Source: Carcharhinus longimanus
Lineage: Eukaryota
Direction: 5' to 3'
Assembly (NCBI GenBank): GCA_030264375.1
Contig: JASCQW010000043.1
Coordinates: 60,412,789 to 60,476,788 of the forward strand
DNA: 64,000 nt
Numbering within the stretch: the stretch's first letter is position 1; every line of letters starts with the position of its first letter. Below, piece by piece: positions 51,628 to 64,000 of the stretch. The translations under genes were made by a program, and so were the position numbers. The notes beneath the pieces were generated by a model. The model saw only the letters and a list, made by a program, of their open reading frames with translations. It had not been told where the DNA came from and did no database searches.

Positions 51628-52875
51628 TGGCAGACACAAAGGAGAGCTGCAGATGAAAGGGGACCTACAAGTAGTGGAGCTGGAGAATGAAGGCAGTGGT
51701 GCAGACACAAAGGAAAAGCAGACATACAGAAAGAAAAACACACAGAATTCTTGTGAGGAAAAGAAGAAAAACAGTCTCAGGAAGACGTCAGTTTTTCAGT
51801 TTGGCAGAAAAGGAGACAGAGCTTTATAACGTATTGTGCAAGCTGGCTAAAAGGTGCAAAACTTGGAAAGCTGTGTGAATAGTTCAGAGATGTTGAGGAT
51901 GTTTTCCCAGAAGTGGCCAAAATGTGAATCAGGTTATGATTGGGTTGATTGAATAGGAACTGTGGACATCTACATCATCAGGACAGCTGTGGCCCAATGA
52001 AAAGAGGCTTTGTGAAAGTGCATCTTGCTGATGATGATTGTACCTGTGAAACCCAAAGCAAAAGCTGTTGTCAGACAGCACAGACTTATCTGCGTGAATA
52101 AAGAACATCATACTGTGGAACAGTAAAGCACCAAATTTGCCTGGGGAGTGTTGCAAATGTTCGTGGTTGCATCAAATGTGTCTTTGTTGTAATGACTGTT
52201 CACAGTACAATTTATCTTTTCATTTGCAGTACTATTTGCATGTGTGGAGTATTTGAAAAGGACATTTCAGAGTTTCAATCACTTGAAAAGAAACTGTTGT
52301 AATTTGCTTAGTTAATAAGAAATATTAGTTCCTGTGACCTGGTGATCCTTGACCTCAAAATAGTACCAACAGGAAAGAAATTAAGAAAGAATTGCCACGT
52401 GGCTGACAGACAAAAGGAGAGTTACAAACTGAGGAGCAGGACGATGAAGGCACAGATGTAGACACAAAAAGAAAGCAGGCAGAGATATAAAGAGGAACGC
52501 ACACAATTCATGTAAGAAGAAGAAGTGAGCCATGGCAAAAAAGGAGACTTGCAGGTACTATATGAGCTAATTAAAAAGGTTTAAAATATGGAAAGCTGTG
52601 TGAATAGCTCAATGATGCTAGAGAGAGGGTGTTTTTGAAGAAGTGTTCAAACTGTGAACCAGAGTGTTATTGGTTTCTTGGTTGAAAAGGATCTCTGGAA
52701 GGTTACCTCATGAGGATTGTAGTGCCTTGGGGAGAGGTGGTTCATCAAAGTGTAATTTGCTGATGATGATCACATCTGTGACATTCAAAGATGTCAGATA
52801 GGACTCCTAACCTACCTTGTTTGCATAAATAAACACATTTATAGAATTGTGCAGCTATGATGTGCCACACTTTGC
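51628..52875. repeat. Diverged direct repeat, ~500-bp units at about 51628-52155 and 52403-52875
   Basis: Shared ordered blocks 'cagac..aaggagag', 'gaaggca..cagacacaaa', 'tggaaagctgtgtgaatag', 'aaagtg..at.ttgctgatgatgat'. Confidence 0.8.
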
Positions 52876-54249
52876 GGGGGGGGGGGGGGGGGGGGGGGGC
52901 TGGGAATGCTGGTGGTGTTACTGNNNNNNNNNNAATTTTTGTTGGTTCTGATTTGTGTTGAAGAAAAAGTTGGTAATTTCTTCATATGAGTGTCATCTGT
53001 TAACTTTAGTTATTTTGGTTCATGTTTACCCCATGGGGATCATAACAGTATTTCCATGCAATTTTGCTTGACCCCAGGAAGCTAGAAATTTCAGAAGTGC
53101 TCTACAAGCAGAGATTTGCACTTGAAGTAGGTTCAGAAAACTCATTCCTACGCAATGAGACAGATGTGGTGTCGACATAACTTTTAATTGGGCAAATTAT
53201 AAAGCTTAATCTTTGCTACCTGCTCTTATGTAGGGAAACATTATTGGAACTTGATAACTCTTACAATCAGGCCTCCAATCTTTATACCCATTGTACAGCT
53301 CTGCTTATAGTGCAGAAAGTCAATACTGACTTGAATGTACATGTCACTGGCTCCTTTTCAAACTACTTTATTTTTCAGAGATCAAGTGCATCACTGCATA
53401 CATCAGGGTATCAGTGCAATGACTGTCAGGGCAAAAACTTCCATTCAATCATTTCTTAAGGACAAAAACCAAGAACAAAAGAGAGCTCTTCACTTTTTTC
53501 AAAAATATTGCCTGCCCAAGAATTTAACTAATAGAAACCATGTAGTCATGTAGCTTTTTAAATCAATTCTATGGTATTTCCATCAAACACTGAACTGTAT
53601 CTGATCATTTGAATGTTGCCACAATTAATTTATTCTATACCAGTCAACACTCATGTCATTATTTCAAGGATTTTTGCCCTGAATGAAAGGATCTTGGACA
53701 TTGCATAAGCTGTGGTTAATAACACCAGTGTGAATTTAAAAACTGCAGTAGAAAGAAAGTAGAAGAAGAACAATGCTGTCATAAGGAACCATTTGGAATG
53801 TGCTCTGGATGGGTCCAGAGTATCATAGGACCAGAAGTAGGCCATCTAGTTTCTTGAACCTGTATCAACATTTAGTGAGATCATGGCTGATAATTAGAAA
53901 AAAAAGATAGTTTTAAAGGTTTTATTTATACTTTGTATTGGTAAACATTGGAAATGGGTTTAAGTTAATGTTTCAGAGCCTCGAAGGGTAAAATCTATAG
54001 CTATACTCAAACTAGACAAAGGTATTGGTATGTGTAGGGGTTGCTTCAGTTCCAACTGTGTTTCTACTGGCTTAGAGAGGCTACGGTGTGACAAGTAAAT
54101 AAATTAGAAGTGGTCGCTTAGCAACATGGTGACATTTTCTAGAGGAAAGGGATTTCCTTTGTAAGTTTTAGCTGAATTTGTTGGCAGTGGAAACAGGACA
54201 CCAGGGATTGAATATCTTTCAACGTTGCCAAAAGAAAGAATGGACAGTT

Positions 54250-54430
54250 AAAAGCAAAATACTGCGGATGTTAGAATCTGAAACAAAACTCGAAAATGCT
54301 GGAAAATCTCAACAGCTTTGACAGTGTCCGTGACGATCTGATTTAGAGCTGACTCGAAATGTTGGCTCTATTCTCTCCCCACAGATCCTGTTAGACCTGC
54401 TGAGATTTTCCAGCATTTTCGGTTTTTGTG
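54250..54430. mobile_element. Penelope-like fold-back insertion (family B)
   Basis: 'gaaaatgctggaaaatctcaacag' pairs with 'ctgctgagattttccagcattttc'; contains 'gactcgaaatgttggctc'. Confidence 0.65.
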
Positions 54431-54894
54431 AAAGATTGATTAGGACTGGAGCTGCAAAAAAACATGCATCCAAGAAATAGTCTGGATAACCAGGAAATCG
54501 AGACAAAACTAATGTCCCACGATGACTGAAGTTAAGAAAATAGAGACCAAGGTATTGTTCAGAAGAATTCAAGGAAGAGTAAACAAAGATTACTCAGAGT
54601 TAAAGAGACAATTGCAGGAACCAGATTTAAAGTGGAAAAGTGGTCTTCAGAGGTAAATCAAAACTTTTATGCCATTTTAATGGATTCTGAGAATAGGGAG
54701 TTAAAGCAATTGTGAACAATTTGTACAGCAGTCAAGACAGAGAAATTTAAAGGGGGTGATGTTGAACCTGGTCTAGATTCACTATTAAAAGTTGAGTGGA
54801 AGCTTTGTTTAAGAGATGCATTTGGAAAAACTGAAGAGGGAGTACAGTTGGCAGTAGAAAGCAAATGTAATACTTAGGGGATAAACAGATAGTT

Positions 54895-55315
54895 GAATAA
54901 ACTAGGATTGTTTTCACGGAAAAGATAGAAGCTGACGGGAGACCTGACAGAGGTCGACAAAATTATGAGAGGCAAAGACAGGGTGGATAGTCAGAGGCTT
55001 CTTACAAGAGTGGAAATGTCAATTACAAGGGGGCACAAGTTCAATGTCAGAGGGGGAAAGTTCAAGGGAAATGTACAGGCGAGGTTTTTCACACAGGGTG
55101 ATGAGTGCCTGGAATGTGCTGCCAGGGGAGGCAGTGGAAGCAGGCACATTAGCAACATTTAAGAGGCATCTGGATGAGTACACGAATAAAGAGGGATTTG
55201 AGGAATACAGACTGAGTCAGGAGCAAAGGTTTTTTTTAGTTTAGTTAGGGCATTATGATTGGCACAGATTTGGAGGGCAGAAAGGCCTGTTACTGTGCTG
55301 TATTTTTCTTTGTTT
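54895..55315 (+). mobile_element. CR1 LINE 3' end
   Basis: 'MRGKDRVDSQRLL..TRGHKF', 'WNVLPGEAVEAGTLATFKRHLDEY'. Confidence 0.85.
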
Positions 55316-57967
55316 AAAAAGCCACCCAGCTCAATTCCAAAGCATTAAGTTCACCTGTAAAGAAATTGGACCTCCTGATAAAGCAGCCAAGAGTGTCTGA
55401 CTTCACAAGCAGCTGAATATTCTTCTTATAGAAGGAATCCTGCAACAACCCTGAAATCTGACCCCAGCTACCCAAGTTTATTGGAATTACAATTCAAGAG
55501 TGGGAAAGAGCTTCTTTCTTCACTGGACCTGCAAAGACAGGTGGACTGTTGACAATTTTTTAGTTTATACATGTAGAAGTGTACCATCTTCTTTAAAGGT
55601 ATCTTTCTTGTGTGGTTGATATAGCATTTAGATTTTTTGAGATGAGTGTATGGATAAATTAACCTCTTTGTTTAAACCCATAAAAGTTTGTGCTTGTACT
55701 TTTAAAATTGGCCACATACTAACAGGGGTGTAGAAACACACTCTTTATTAAAATTAAACCACACTGATTATAGACGAAGAGAAAAGGGATAGGGATCTCA
55801 GTCTATCTGTTTTTCCCCTAAGTATTTGCTTTCTCCTGCCAACTGTACTTCTCCCTCTTCAGCCCTGGTCCAAACTTCAATCTAACACTGAATCTGAATC
55901 AGCAGAGCAGACAATCCTGACCTGATGATTGTAGCTGCTCAGTGTTGTAAGATGAAAGCTCCACATCATCTCATACTGCGGGCAGGAAACATGATGGGAA
56001 GTAGTGTTTATTGCCATTGGCTAGATGCTCTTTAAAACACATGTCGTGAAGTGAAATATTTCATGTTATGCTGGCGTAGGTTTACTGCTGACGGACTGTG
56101 TGGTACATTGATAGAGGATTAAAAGAAGTAACATAGGGGATATTTGGCTATCCTCATTGATCCATTGAGTGCCACCTCATAATCTCCGAGCTTAATTATT
56201 TCAAGTCGATTAAGAGTTTAGATTGGTATGCGGCCACCAGTTGCTAAGTCTCTTCCTTTGCCTGTGGGATTCCTATTTCTGCAATCATAAATAAACTAGT
56301 AATGTGCTGACTGTTTCACAAACTCTCCTCTTGCTGTGCAATTGGCCACAGTGTCTCCCAAAATAAACCATGCATAAGAGGAGCAGCATAAAATGTAACT
56401 TCAAATAAGGTGCCAACATGTTGAATCTAAAACACAGGACTGCACACATGCTAAACAGCAGAAACAGTATAAAGACAGACTTTCACTTTTCAACTAATAA
56501 TGCATCAGTCCTGTCACATCCAATTATGAATGGTTGTGGACAATTAAATAACTAACAGGAGGAGAATACTCCATTAATATTCCTATCCTTAATATTGACA
56601 TAAATCAGCACATGATTCCTATAGAAGGCTTGAAGTATTTGCAACAGCATTAAGCCAGAAGTATTGAGTGGATGATCTATCTTAACCTCCTCAAGGGTTT
56701 CCCAGCATCACTTAGTCAATCTTCAGGCAACTCAATTCATTCCATTTCCATATTAAGAAATAGCTGGACATGCTTGATACACTAAAAGCTATGGTCATCA
56801 ACAACATCCTGGCTGTGGTGCTGAAAATCTGTGCTCCAGGATGAACTGTGCTTGTAGCCAAGCTGTCCCAATACAGCTACAATACTGACATCTACCTGAC
56901 AAGAGAAAAATTGCTCAAGTATGTCCTGTCCACAAAAGGTAGGACACATCCAATCTGAGAAAATTACCACCCCACCAGTCTACTTCACAATCATCAACAA
57001 AATGATGAAGGTGACGTCAATCATGCTGTCAAGCAGCACTTACAAACCAGTGACCTGATCACTTACGCTCAGCTTGGTTCTTTCAAAACCACATTACAAC
57101 CTTTGCCCAAACATGGACAAAAGAGCTGAAATTGAGAGGTGAGACTGATTGCCCTTGACATCAAAATAGTATGTGACTGAGGGTGTCATTAAGGAGCTGT
57201 AGCAAAACTGAAGTCAGTGTGAATCAGGGAAAGACTCCAATGTCTGAAATTATACTGAGCCCAAAGGGAGAGGGTTGTTGGAAGCTGATCATCTCAACTC
57301 CCACTCTACTGCTGCAGGAGCTCCTTAGGGTAGTATCAGCACCTTCAGTTGCTTCATCTATAATCATTCTTCATCAGACCAGAAGTGGTAATGTTCTTTG
57401 ATGGATTGTAGTGTTCAGTTCCTATTGTAACCCTTCAGATAACAAAGTCTGTGCCCACATGTAGCAAGGCTTGGACAATATTCAGATATGGACTGCTGTG
57501 CCAAGTAACATTCATACCACTCAGGTGTCAGGGAATAGGCAGTAAGAGAGTTTAACCATCTACCTTTGCTATCTAACCACATTACCATTGCTGAATCCTC
57601 CCACCATCAACATCCCACAATTTACCATTGACCAGGAGTATAGCTGGACCTGCCATATAAATACTGGGCCTATAAGGGTAGGTCAGACATTGGATAGTCT
57701 GCAATGAGTGACTCAGCATCTGACTCTCCAAAGTTTTTCCATCAACTATAAGACACATCAGGAATATTTAGAATACTTTACATTAACTGGGCAGGGACAC
57801 CTTTAATAACACTCAAGATACTTCACACCATCCTGGCTAAAGCAACCTGCCTGACTGGCACCCATCCACCACCCTAAATATTCATTCCCAGCGCCTGTAA
57901 CTTCAGTGTGTACTATCTACAATACATGTTCTAGCAATTCACTAAGGTCTCTGACATCAACTCCCAA

Positions 57968-58256
57968 AGTAAAAAGTCTGACAACACCAGGTTTTAGTCC
58001 AAATTATTTATTTGATAATATACTCACTAGCTTTCGGGTTAGACCCTTCGTCAGGTGAATGGAGAGTTCTGGCCTCAGACANNNNNNNNNNNNNNNNNNN
58101 NNNNNNNNNNNNNNNNNNNNNNNNNNNNNNNNNNNNNNNNNNNNNNNNNNNNNNNNNNNNNNNNNNNNNNNNNNNNNNNNNGAATGGAGAGTTCTGGCCT
58201 CAGACAGAGCATATAAAGCACAGACAGTTTAGAGATTACTGATTAGAATGCGAATC
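57968..58256 (-). mobile_element. Penelope-like pLTR insertion (family C) with minimal hammerhead motif, spans an N gap
   Basis: Homologous to the 62113 element; flanked by 'ctcccaaa'/'atcaactcccaaa' duplications. Confidence 0.7.
58023..58059 (-). ncRNA. Minimal type I hammerhead ribozyme motif
   Basis: UUCAC-CUGACGA-A-GGGucuaaCCC-GAAA-GC-UA-GUGAG: stem I UUCAC/GUGAG, stem II GGG/CCC, palindromic AGCU in place of stem III. Confidence 0.55.
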
Positions 58257-58662
58257 CTCCCAAATCAACTCCCAAATCCATGACTGTTACCAACCAATAA
58301 AACAAGACCAGCTAGTATATGGGAACATTATTGCTCCCAGGTCACACACCATCCTGACTCTTGACATTGTTTTATCATCACTAAGTCATTATCCTGGAAT
58401 TTCCTACCTCAGAACACTGTGAAAGCACCTTCACCATAGGGTTTGCAGTAGGGGCTGAAAAAGGTAGCTCACTACTACCCTTTCAAGGTCAATTAAGGAG
58501 TATGCAAGCTGGTCTTACATGAGTCTTTTATGGATCTCCACCTTTGAAGGAATGTTTAGTTGTAACATGAAGGTTGCATCATTCATGAATAGTCATTGCC
58601 TTATGATGCCTTAAATTGGACCACCGAGTTCCCTAGAGATGAGAAACATCGCATTTCAGATA

Positions 58663-58965
58663 GGTGGCTCAGTGGCATAATGATTAGCACTCCTGCCTCA
58701 CAGCACTAGAGATCCGGGTTTGATTTCCAGCTAGGGTCAACGTCTATATGGAATCTGCATGTTCTCCCTGTATCTGCAAATTTTCCTTTGGGTGCTCTGG
58801 TTTCCTCCCACAGTTCAGAAGATGTGCTGGTTAGCTGCGTTGACCCAAAAAAAAATTCTCCCTCAGTGTACCCGAACAGAGGCCAGAGTGTGACGAGTAG
58901 GGGATTTTCACAATAACTTCATTGCAGTGTTAATGTAAACCTACTTGTGACACTAATAAATAAAA
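58663..58965 (+). mobile_element. V-SINE copy
   Basis: Head 'agtggcataatgattagcactcctgcctcacagcactagagatccgggtttgattt', V-domain, tail shared with 44868. Confidence 0.8.
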
Positions 58966-61900
58966 AACAGGAGGCTAATATGGGAGCATGTAGGGTTGCC
59001 ACACAAAACCAAAACACTGGAAAGAGTTAAACTCAGTAGACATTAATACTGTCAAATTTCTTTGAAGTGTTAAACTTCTGCATGGCAAGGATGATTCCCT
59101 GAATTCAGAAGCTGCATTTACCTGAGAAGGTTGCATCTCTGAAGTCAAAAATAAAAACTATTGTCAGGTTCATCTCTGAGCATAATTTTGACAGCCCTAT
59201 TTCTAGATCATTGAGAGCTCCTTGACAATAGAAACAAGCAGTAAGCTGTTTGTGTTCATAGCAAGAACGTGCATATATCCCTTTACCTGATATTCTGCTT
59301 CTCATACACTCCGCTCTCCCAGCACATTTTACAATTGATGCAGAGATTATTGAATCGTTATTTATATGAGACCAGGTGGTCCTCTTTCTGAACCTACAAT
59401 GCTAACATGAAATTAGCCCAATAATCTTTCCTGCAGTTAGATGTTGTGCTTATTATAAATCTGATTTATAGATGTCAGGCACATGGAAGGTGCTAACTGC
59501 ATTGCTGCAAAGTTTAGAAAATACATTAGTAAACAATTATATAAACATATGAAGGTGTAAGACAGGGAAAGACCAGCTGTTCCACTGGACCTGTCCTATA
59601 TTGTCACATCACCTGCCTATCATTCCCCACCATCCACAAAGTCTCTTAAGGGAGGCAAAAACCTTAGGCCAATTTCAGAAAAAGAATCATTAGTGAAAAC
59701 AAAAGCTATTAATAAAAATTGTATAGTGGTGTCATGGCTGTAGTTAGCTCCCAAAATGTTTGTTTGCATAGCTGGCTCTCTCACAATGGAGTGATTTCTC
59801 ACTCTGAAGCCCAATTGGCTGCACAAGCCATGTGACCCTTACTCTGCTGTGTTGTCTTGAAAGGGACAATCACCACATCTAATACTCAGCTGCCTTCCAT
59901 TTGAGATTATGTTGTCCATACTCAGGAACTCATTCAGATCCCTTTTAAATACTTGCAGTGAATTGCATTCATTTCATGACAGAAACTAATTTCAAAAGTT
60001 GGCAACCATTTTCTCAAAGAAGTACTTATAACATTTAACTTAGTTCAAAGTTGACATTTGTGTTTCCTGGTCCTCTCTAATCTATCTCAAATAGCATATC
60101 TATATGGATTAAGCTGAGTTCTTCCATTATTGTAGAACAACAAGCAAATATCCCCAAAGTTTACAGTTTTCTAGTGTGGAAAGCTTTAGCTCTTTAAGTT
60201 TATTGTGATAACTGAGAACTTCTAAGCTAGGTATCAGTGCAGTCTAGAACCTTTCCACAAGTTGAGGTCTTTGAGCCCCCAGATATAAGTATATTTCAAG
60301 GACAGCACTTAGAGCCCATTTGTTTCCTCTACAGCAGTCTTTACCTATCTTAATCACAAATACTTTTCAATAGAAAAACAAGAGAAAGACAGATTTACGA
60401 ATAGTGACTACTTTATAATTTTTTAGTGCACAGCTGCCATCAATATCAATAATAGCCACTAAGTAGCGCTATTGTCTTTTAATGTAGCTTGAATGTAGCG
60501 TGGATTTGGAAATTTTAAGCGTTTAAACATCTCTGTTCATCTGTCTCTGTCCATCCATCTGTCTATCTTGTATCAATAGGAATTTTTTGAAGCCACAATG
60601 ATGCCATTCACTTGGATATCATCTTGTCCGCACAACATAAATTTACAGCCAGCAAAGAATAGTTTCTATTCTCAATGCAGCTATTGGGCTGGCCTTCTGC
60701 TGGCAAGTATTATTATTTTGGTATTAACTCTTGTGGTTTTGCAAGCATGCTAACGTGAAAAATCATGAGTACTGCAAAGTAGTAGGGAAGGAAGCACATC
60801 TAAACCTACAGTGGAGTACAGGACAAATATAAAAAGATTTTTCCTTGAACTTGCATTTGATTGCTATATAAATAAATACCTGGTTCCTGCTCCAGTGAGG
60901 CTGTGCCTCCCACAAAAACCACAATGAAGAATGTTGGTAACCACAGTTTTCTTGCCTTTTTCTTGGGTTTCCTTTGCCAATTTACTCCCACTGCTAAAGG
61001 AACTGATTTTTGCTAAATATGATTACATCAAAACAGGCAGCCTCTTCTCCACCTTGCTCACATAGCCATTTTTCATTTGGACACTAGAAATGACTATTGA
61101 TATCTGTTCATTCTGGAGCATGTCCTCATGAGAACTAAGCCCGTTTTTGTTCTTGTCAGTATCCATACATGTGCACTACACAGCAAAAGTCACAAATATT
61201 ATAAAAACGTAAGCTACACTTCATTACCCAACATCACCCATTGCCAGGGGTTAACATACAGTGCAGTTTTAAGGAGTGACTTTAGAAGCCTGATGTTGAA
61301 TCCTGAAATTTGACTTTATAAAGCCTCGCTGACAGAAGGTGAAAATTGTGAATTTGGGAGCACAAACATACAGAATAGAGTTGTTGCCCATTCACCACAG
61401 GCATAAACAGCTTAAAATAACTCCACTTGATTCAGACTAGTTCCGTGCTATGGGCGAGGTGGAAACTCACTTGGAGGAGTTCCCAAAGAGAGTTGCAGAA
61501 GAGATAAATATGGATCTTGGGGATGACTATGCATTCATTGCTTTTAGAGAGGAAAAGTGGTCAGAGTTGAGGCAATTGCTGGCAAAAGCAAAGCAGTCAA
61601 CTTTTGAAGAGGGGTTTGACGTTCGAGGTTTTGAAAGAATAGTGGATAGTGCCAATTAGCTTACCATATGTATGCTCGTAGAAAATATTTTGCATTATTA
61701 CTTCAGGAGTCTACCAAGCTAAATAACACAGATTGACAAATTTCACCCTGCTATGCACTAGCCTCAGCACTAGTTGTTATTAATATGTTTAGTATCAATA
61801 AGTATAAGATAAACAAAGCCCACAGTTTAAAGAAGATGCATACTTTCTGCCCCTGATATTACTCAGCATAGGATCATAAGAAATAGGAGAAGGAATTGGC

Positions 61901-62112
61901 CCAATGTAAACCACCATTTGATAAGATCATGGCTAATTTGATTATAGTTTAATTCCATTTTCCTGCTTGCCCCCTCATAACACCTAATTCCCTGGTCAAT
62001 CAGTCTTGAATATATTTAATGATTCAGCCTCCACTCCTTTGTGTGAAATAGTATTCCAAAGACTAATGACCCTCAGAGAGAAGAAAGTCCTCATCTCTGT
62101 CTTAAATGGGAG

Positions 62113-62346
62113 AAACACAGTAAAAAGTCTGACAACACCAGGTTTAAGTCCAACCGATTTATTTGATAGTAAACTCACAAGCTTCCGGGGTTAGTCCCTT
62201 CATCAGGTGAAAGGTCATTCACCTGACGAAGGGACTAACCCCGAAAGCTTGTGAGTTTACTATCAAATAAATCGGTTGGACTTAAACCTGGTGTTGTCAG
62301 ACTTTTTACTGTGTTTACCCCAGTCCAACGCCAGCATATCCACATC
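62113..62346. mobile_element. Penelope-like fold-back insertion (family C): 99-bp inverted arms, 30-nt extension, 11-bp target-site duplication
   Basis: Arms 62113-62211 and 62218-62316 differ at 2 positions; TSD 'taaatgggaga' at 62103-62113 and 62348-62358. Confidence 0.8.
62218..62255 (+). ncRNA. Minimal type I hammerhead ribozyme motif
   Basis: UUCAC-CUGACGA-A-GGGacuaacCCC-GAAA-GC-UU-GUGAG; predicted cleavage after 62250. Confidence 0.55.
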
Positions 62347-63309
62347 CTAAATGGGAGATCCCTTGTTTTTAAACTGTGTCCCTTCATTCTAGATTCCCCG
62401 ACAAGGGGATGCATCTACCCTGTCAAGCCCCTCAGAATTGTATATGTTTCAATAAGATCACTTTCATTATTATACTCTAATGAATATCAACCCAACCTGC
62501 TCAACTTTTCCCCATAAAGCAACCCCTCCATCCAAGGAAGCAGTCTAATGAAACTTCTTTGAACTGCTTCCAATGTAACTATAGTCCTTCTTAAGTAAGG
62601 CAACCAAAAATTTACACAGTAATGCCCCGTGCTTTAGCAAGACTTTCTTGCCTCAGACCTCCTTGGAGCTTGATTTCTCAATTAAAAACATTGGCCAGAA
62701 TGTTATAGCCATTCACGTCAGTGGGATTTTCCCATCCCACTGCAGTGAACGGAGATTTAGCTGGGCACCAAATTCTCCAATTTCGCTGCAGCGGAATCAT
62801 GGCATGAATAGCCAGTAAGATCACGTGCATTAGCCTCATTAGCAACAAGTTGGAGTTGTTTTTTGCCCCCTAAATAGCTCCGAGGCTGCCACATGCAATA
62901 CAATTTTGGTCCATACTGGACAGTCACACTTGATATCCCATACCAAACCACTTCTGACATTAAAATGCCCTAAATTGTGTTTCTGCCCTAAAAGTGAACA
63001 TAGAATTTCTTCTGTCCCTGGCAAGTGAAACAGTTCTGGAAGATTTGCAGTTGATTTCTACATATTCATGAGGACATGCATTTGTATTTTAATTTCCACA
63101 GACTCCTCAATCATTCTGCAGCCCAACATACATCAGAGAATGAAATATGCTGTAATCACACAAGTTATAATTTGAACTGTAATTTCTGTTACTCTCAGCA
63201 ACAACTTAAAGTCAAGTAATTAACACATTGCAAACGACAGCACCACAAACCTGCACACACTTCTAGATACATATTACAAAATTATGAAAATGTTTTTCAT
63301 ATCTTGATT

Positions 63310-64000
63310 TGGTACAGATATGGTACAGATGATGAATGGGATGGATAGGATAGAGGTGGAGAGACTCTTCCCGCTCAGAAAGGATAGTAGGACTAGGGGG
63401 CACNNNNNNNNNNNNNNNNNNNNNNNNNNNNNNNNNNNNNNNNNNNNNNNNNNNNNNNNNNNNNNNNNNNNNNNNNNNNNNNNNNNNNNNNNNNNNNNNN
63501 NNNNNNNNNNNNNNNNNNNNNNNNNNNNNNNNNNNNNNNNNNNNNNNNNNNNNNNNNNNNNNNNNNNNNNNNNNNNNNNNNNNNNNNNNNNNNNNNNNNN
63601 NNNNNNNNNNNNNNNNNNNNNNNNNNNNNNNNNNNNNNNNNNNNNNNNNNNNNNNNNNNNNNNNNNNNNNNNNNNNNNNNNNNNNNNNNNNNNNNNNNNN
63701 NNNNNNNNNNNNNNNNNNNNNNNNNNNNNNNNNNNNNNNNNNNNNNNNNNNNNNNNNNNNNNNNNNNNNNNNNNNNNNNNNNNNNNNNNNNNNNNNNNNN
63801 NNNNNNNNNNNNNNNNNNNNNNNNNNNNNNNNNNNNNNNNNNNNNNNNNNNNNNNNNNNNNNNNNNNNNNNNNNNNNNNNNNNNNNNNNNNNNNNNNNNN
63901 NNNNNNNNNNNNNNNNNNNNNNNNNNNNNNNNNNNNNNNNNNNNNNNNNNNNNNNNNNNNNNNNNNNNNNNNNNNGATTCTATACCCTTTTCTAGTTGTA
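63310..64000 (+). mobile_element. CR1 3' fragment, mostly N gap
   Basis: 'MMNGMDRIEVERLFPL..SRTRGH', then the gap, then 'gattcta'. Confidence 0.6.

Larger units (their letters stand above)
56520..58500 (+). mobile_element. CR1-like LINE RT remnant (same family as 28770), interrupted by a Penelope-like insertion
   Basis: Degenerate RT motifs 'VCPVHK', 'IALDIK', 'LGQYS'; 3' part matches 28770-29303. Confidence 0.7.
61875..62640 (-). mobile_element. CR1 LINE 3' fragment, host of the hairpin insertion
   Basis: 'cataagaaataggag', 'FKTEMRTFFSLRVISLWN..KGVEAESLNIFKTD'. Confidence 0.85.

Noticed and set aside
61450-61659. 69-aa ORF with protein-like composition
   Set aside because: No recognisable homology or splice context; may be the antisense of an old LINE 3' end.

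Overview
Vertebrate nuclear DNA, most likely a shark or other elasmobranch (inferred from the repeat content: HE1/V-SINE-like and Deu-SINE-like SINEs, abundant CR1 LINEs). It holds the last three coding exons of SRFBP1 (+ strand, 5596-8561). Converging on it is a complete 7-exon lysyl oxidase gene, LOX (- strand, ATG 42334 to stop 22582; 1392-nt CDS, 463 aa). All LOX junctions are GT-AG and in phase, and the BMP1 site, Cu-binding His motif and LTQ Lys/Tyr are present. The rest is intronic/intergenic DNA rich in decayed CR1, RTE, Rex1, Harbinger, Gypsy and SINE fragments, plus many N gaps. Best leads: (1) three families of short fold-back Penelope-like insertions carrying minimal type I hammerhead ribozyme motifs, two copies with intact-looking cores; (2) several local templated duplications and inversions, including a long inverted repeat in LOX intron 6; (3) LOX features: a stop-free in-frame 81-nt intron 5, a Q-to-R change in the Cu-binding motif, a longer propeptide, a 5' element with paired HRE cores and three tiny uORFs. 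Repeat family names and comparisons with human come from recall, not a database search. Repeat boundaries are approximate.
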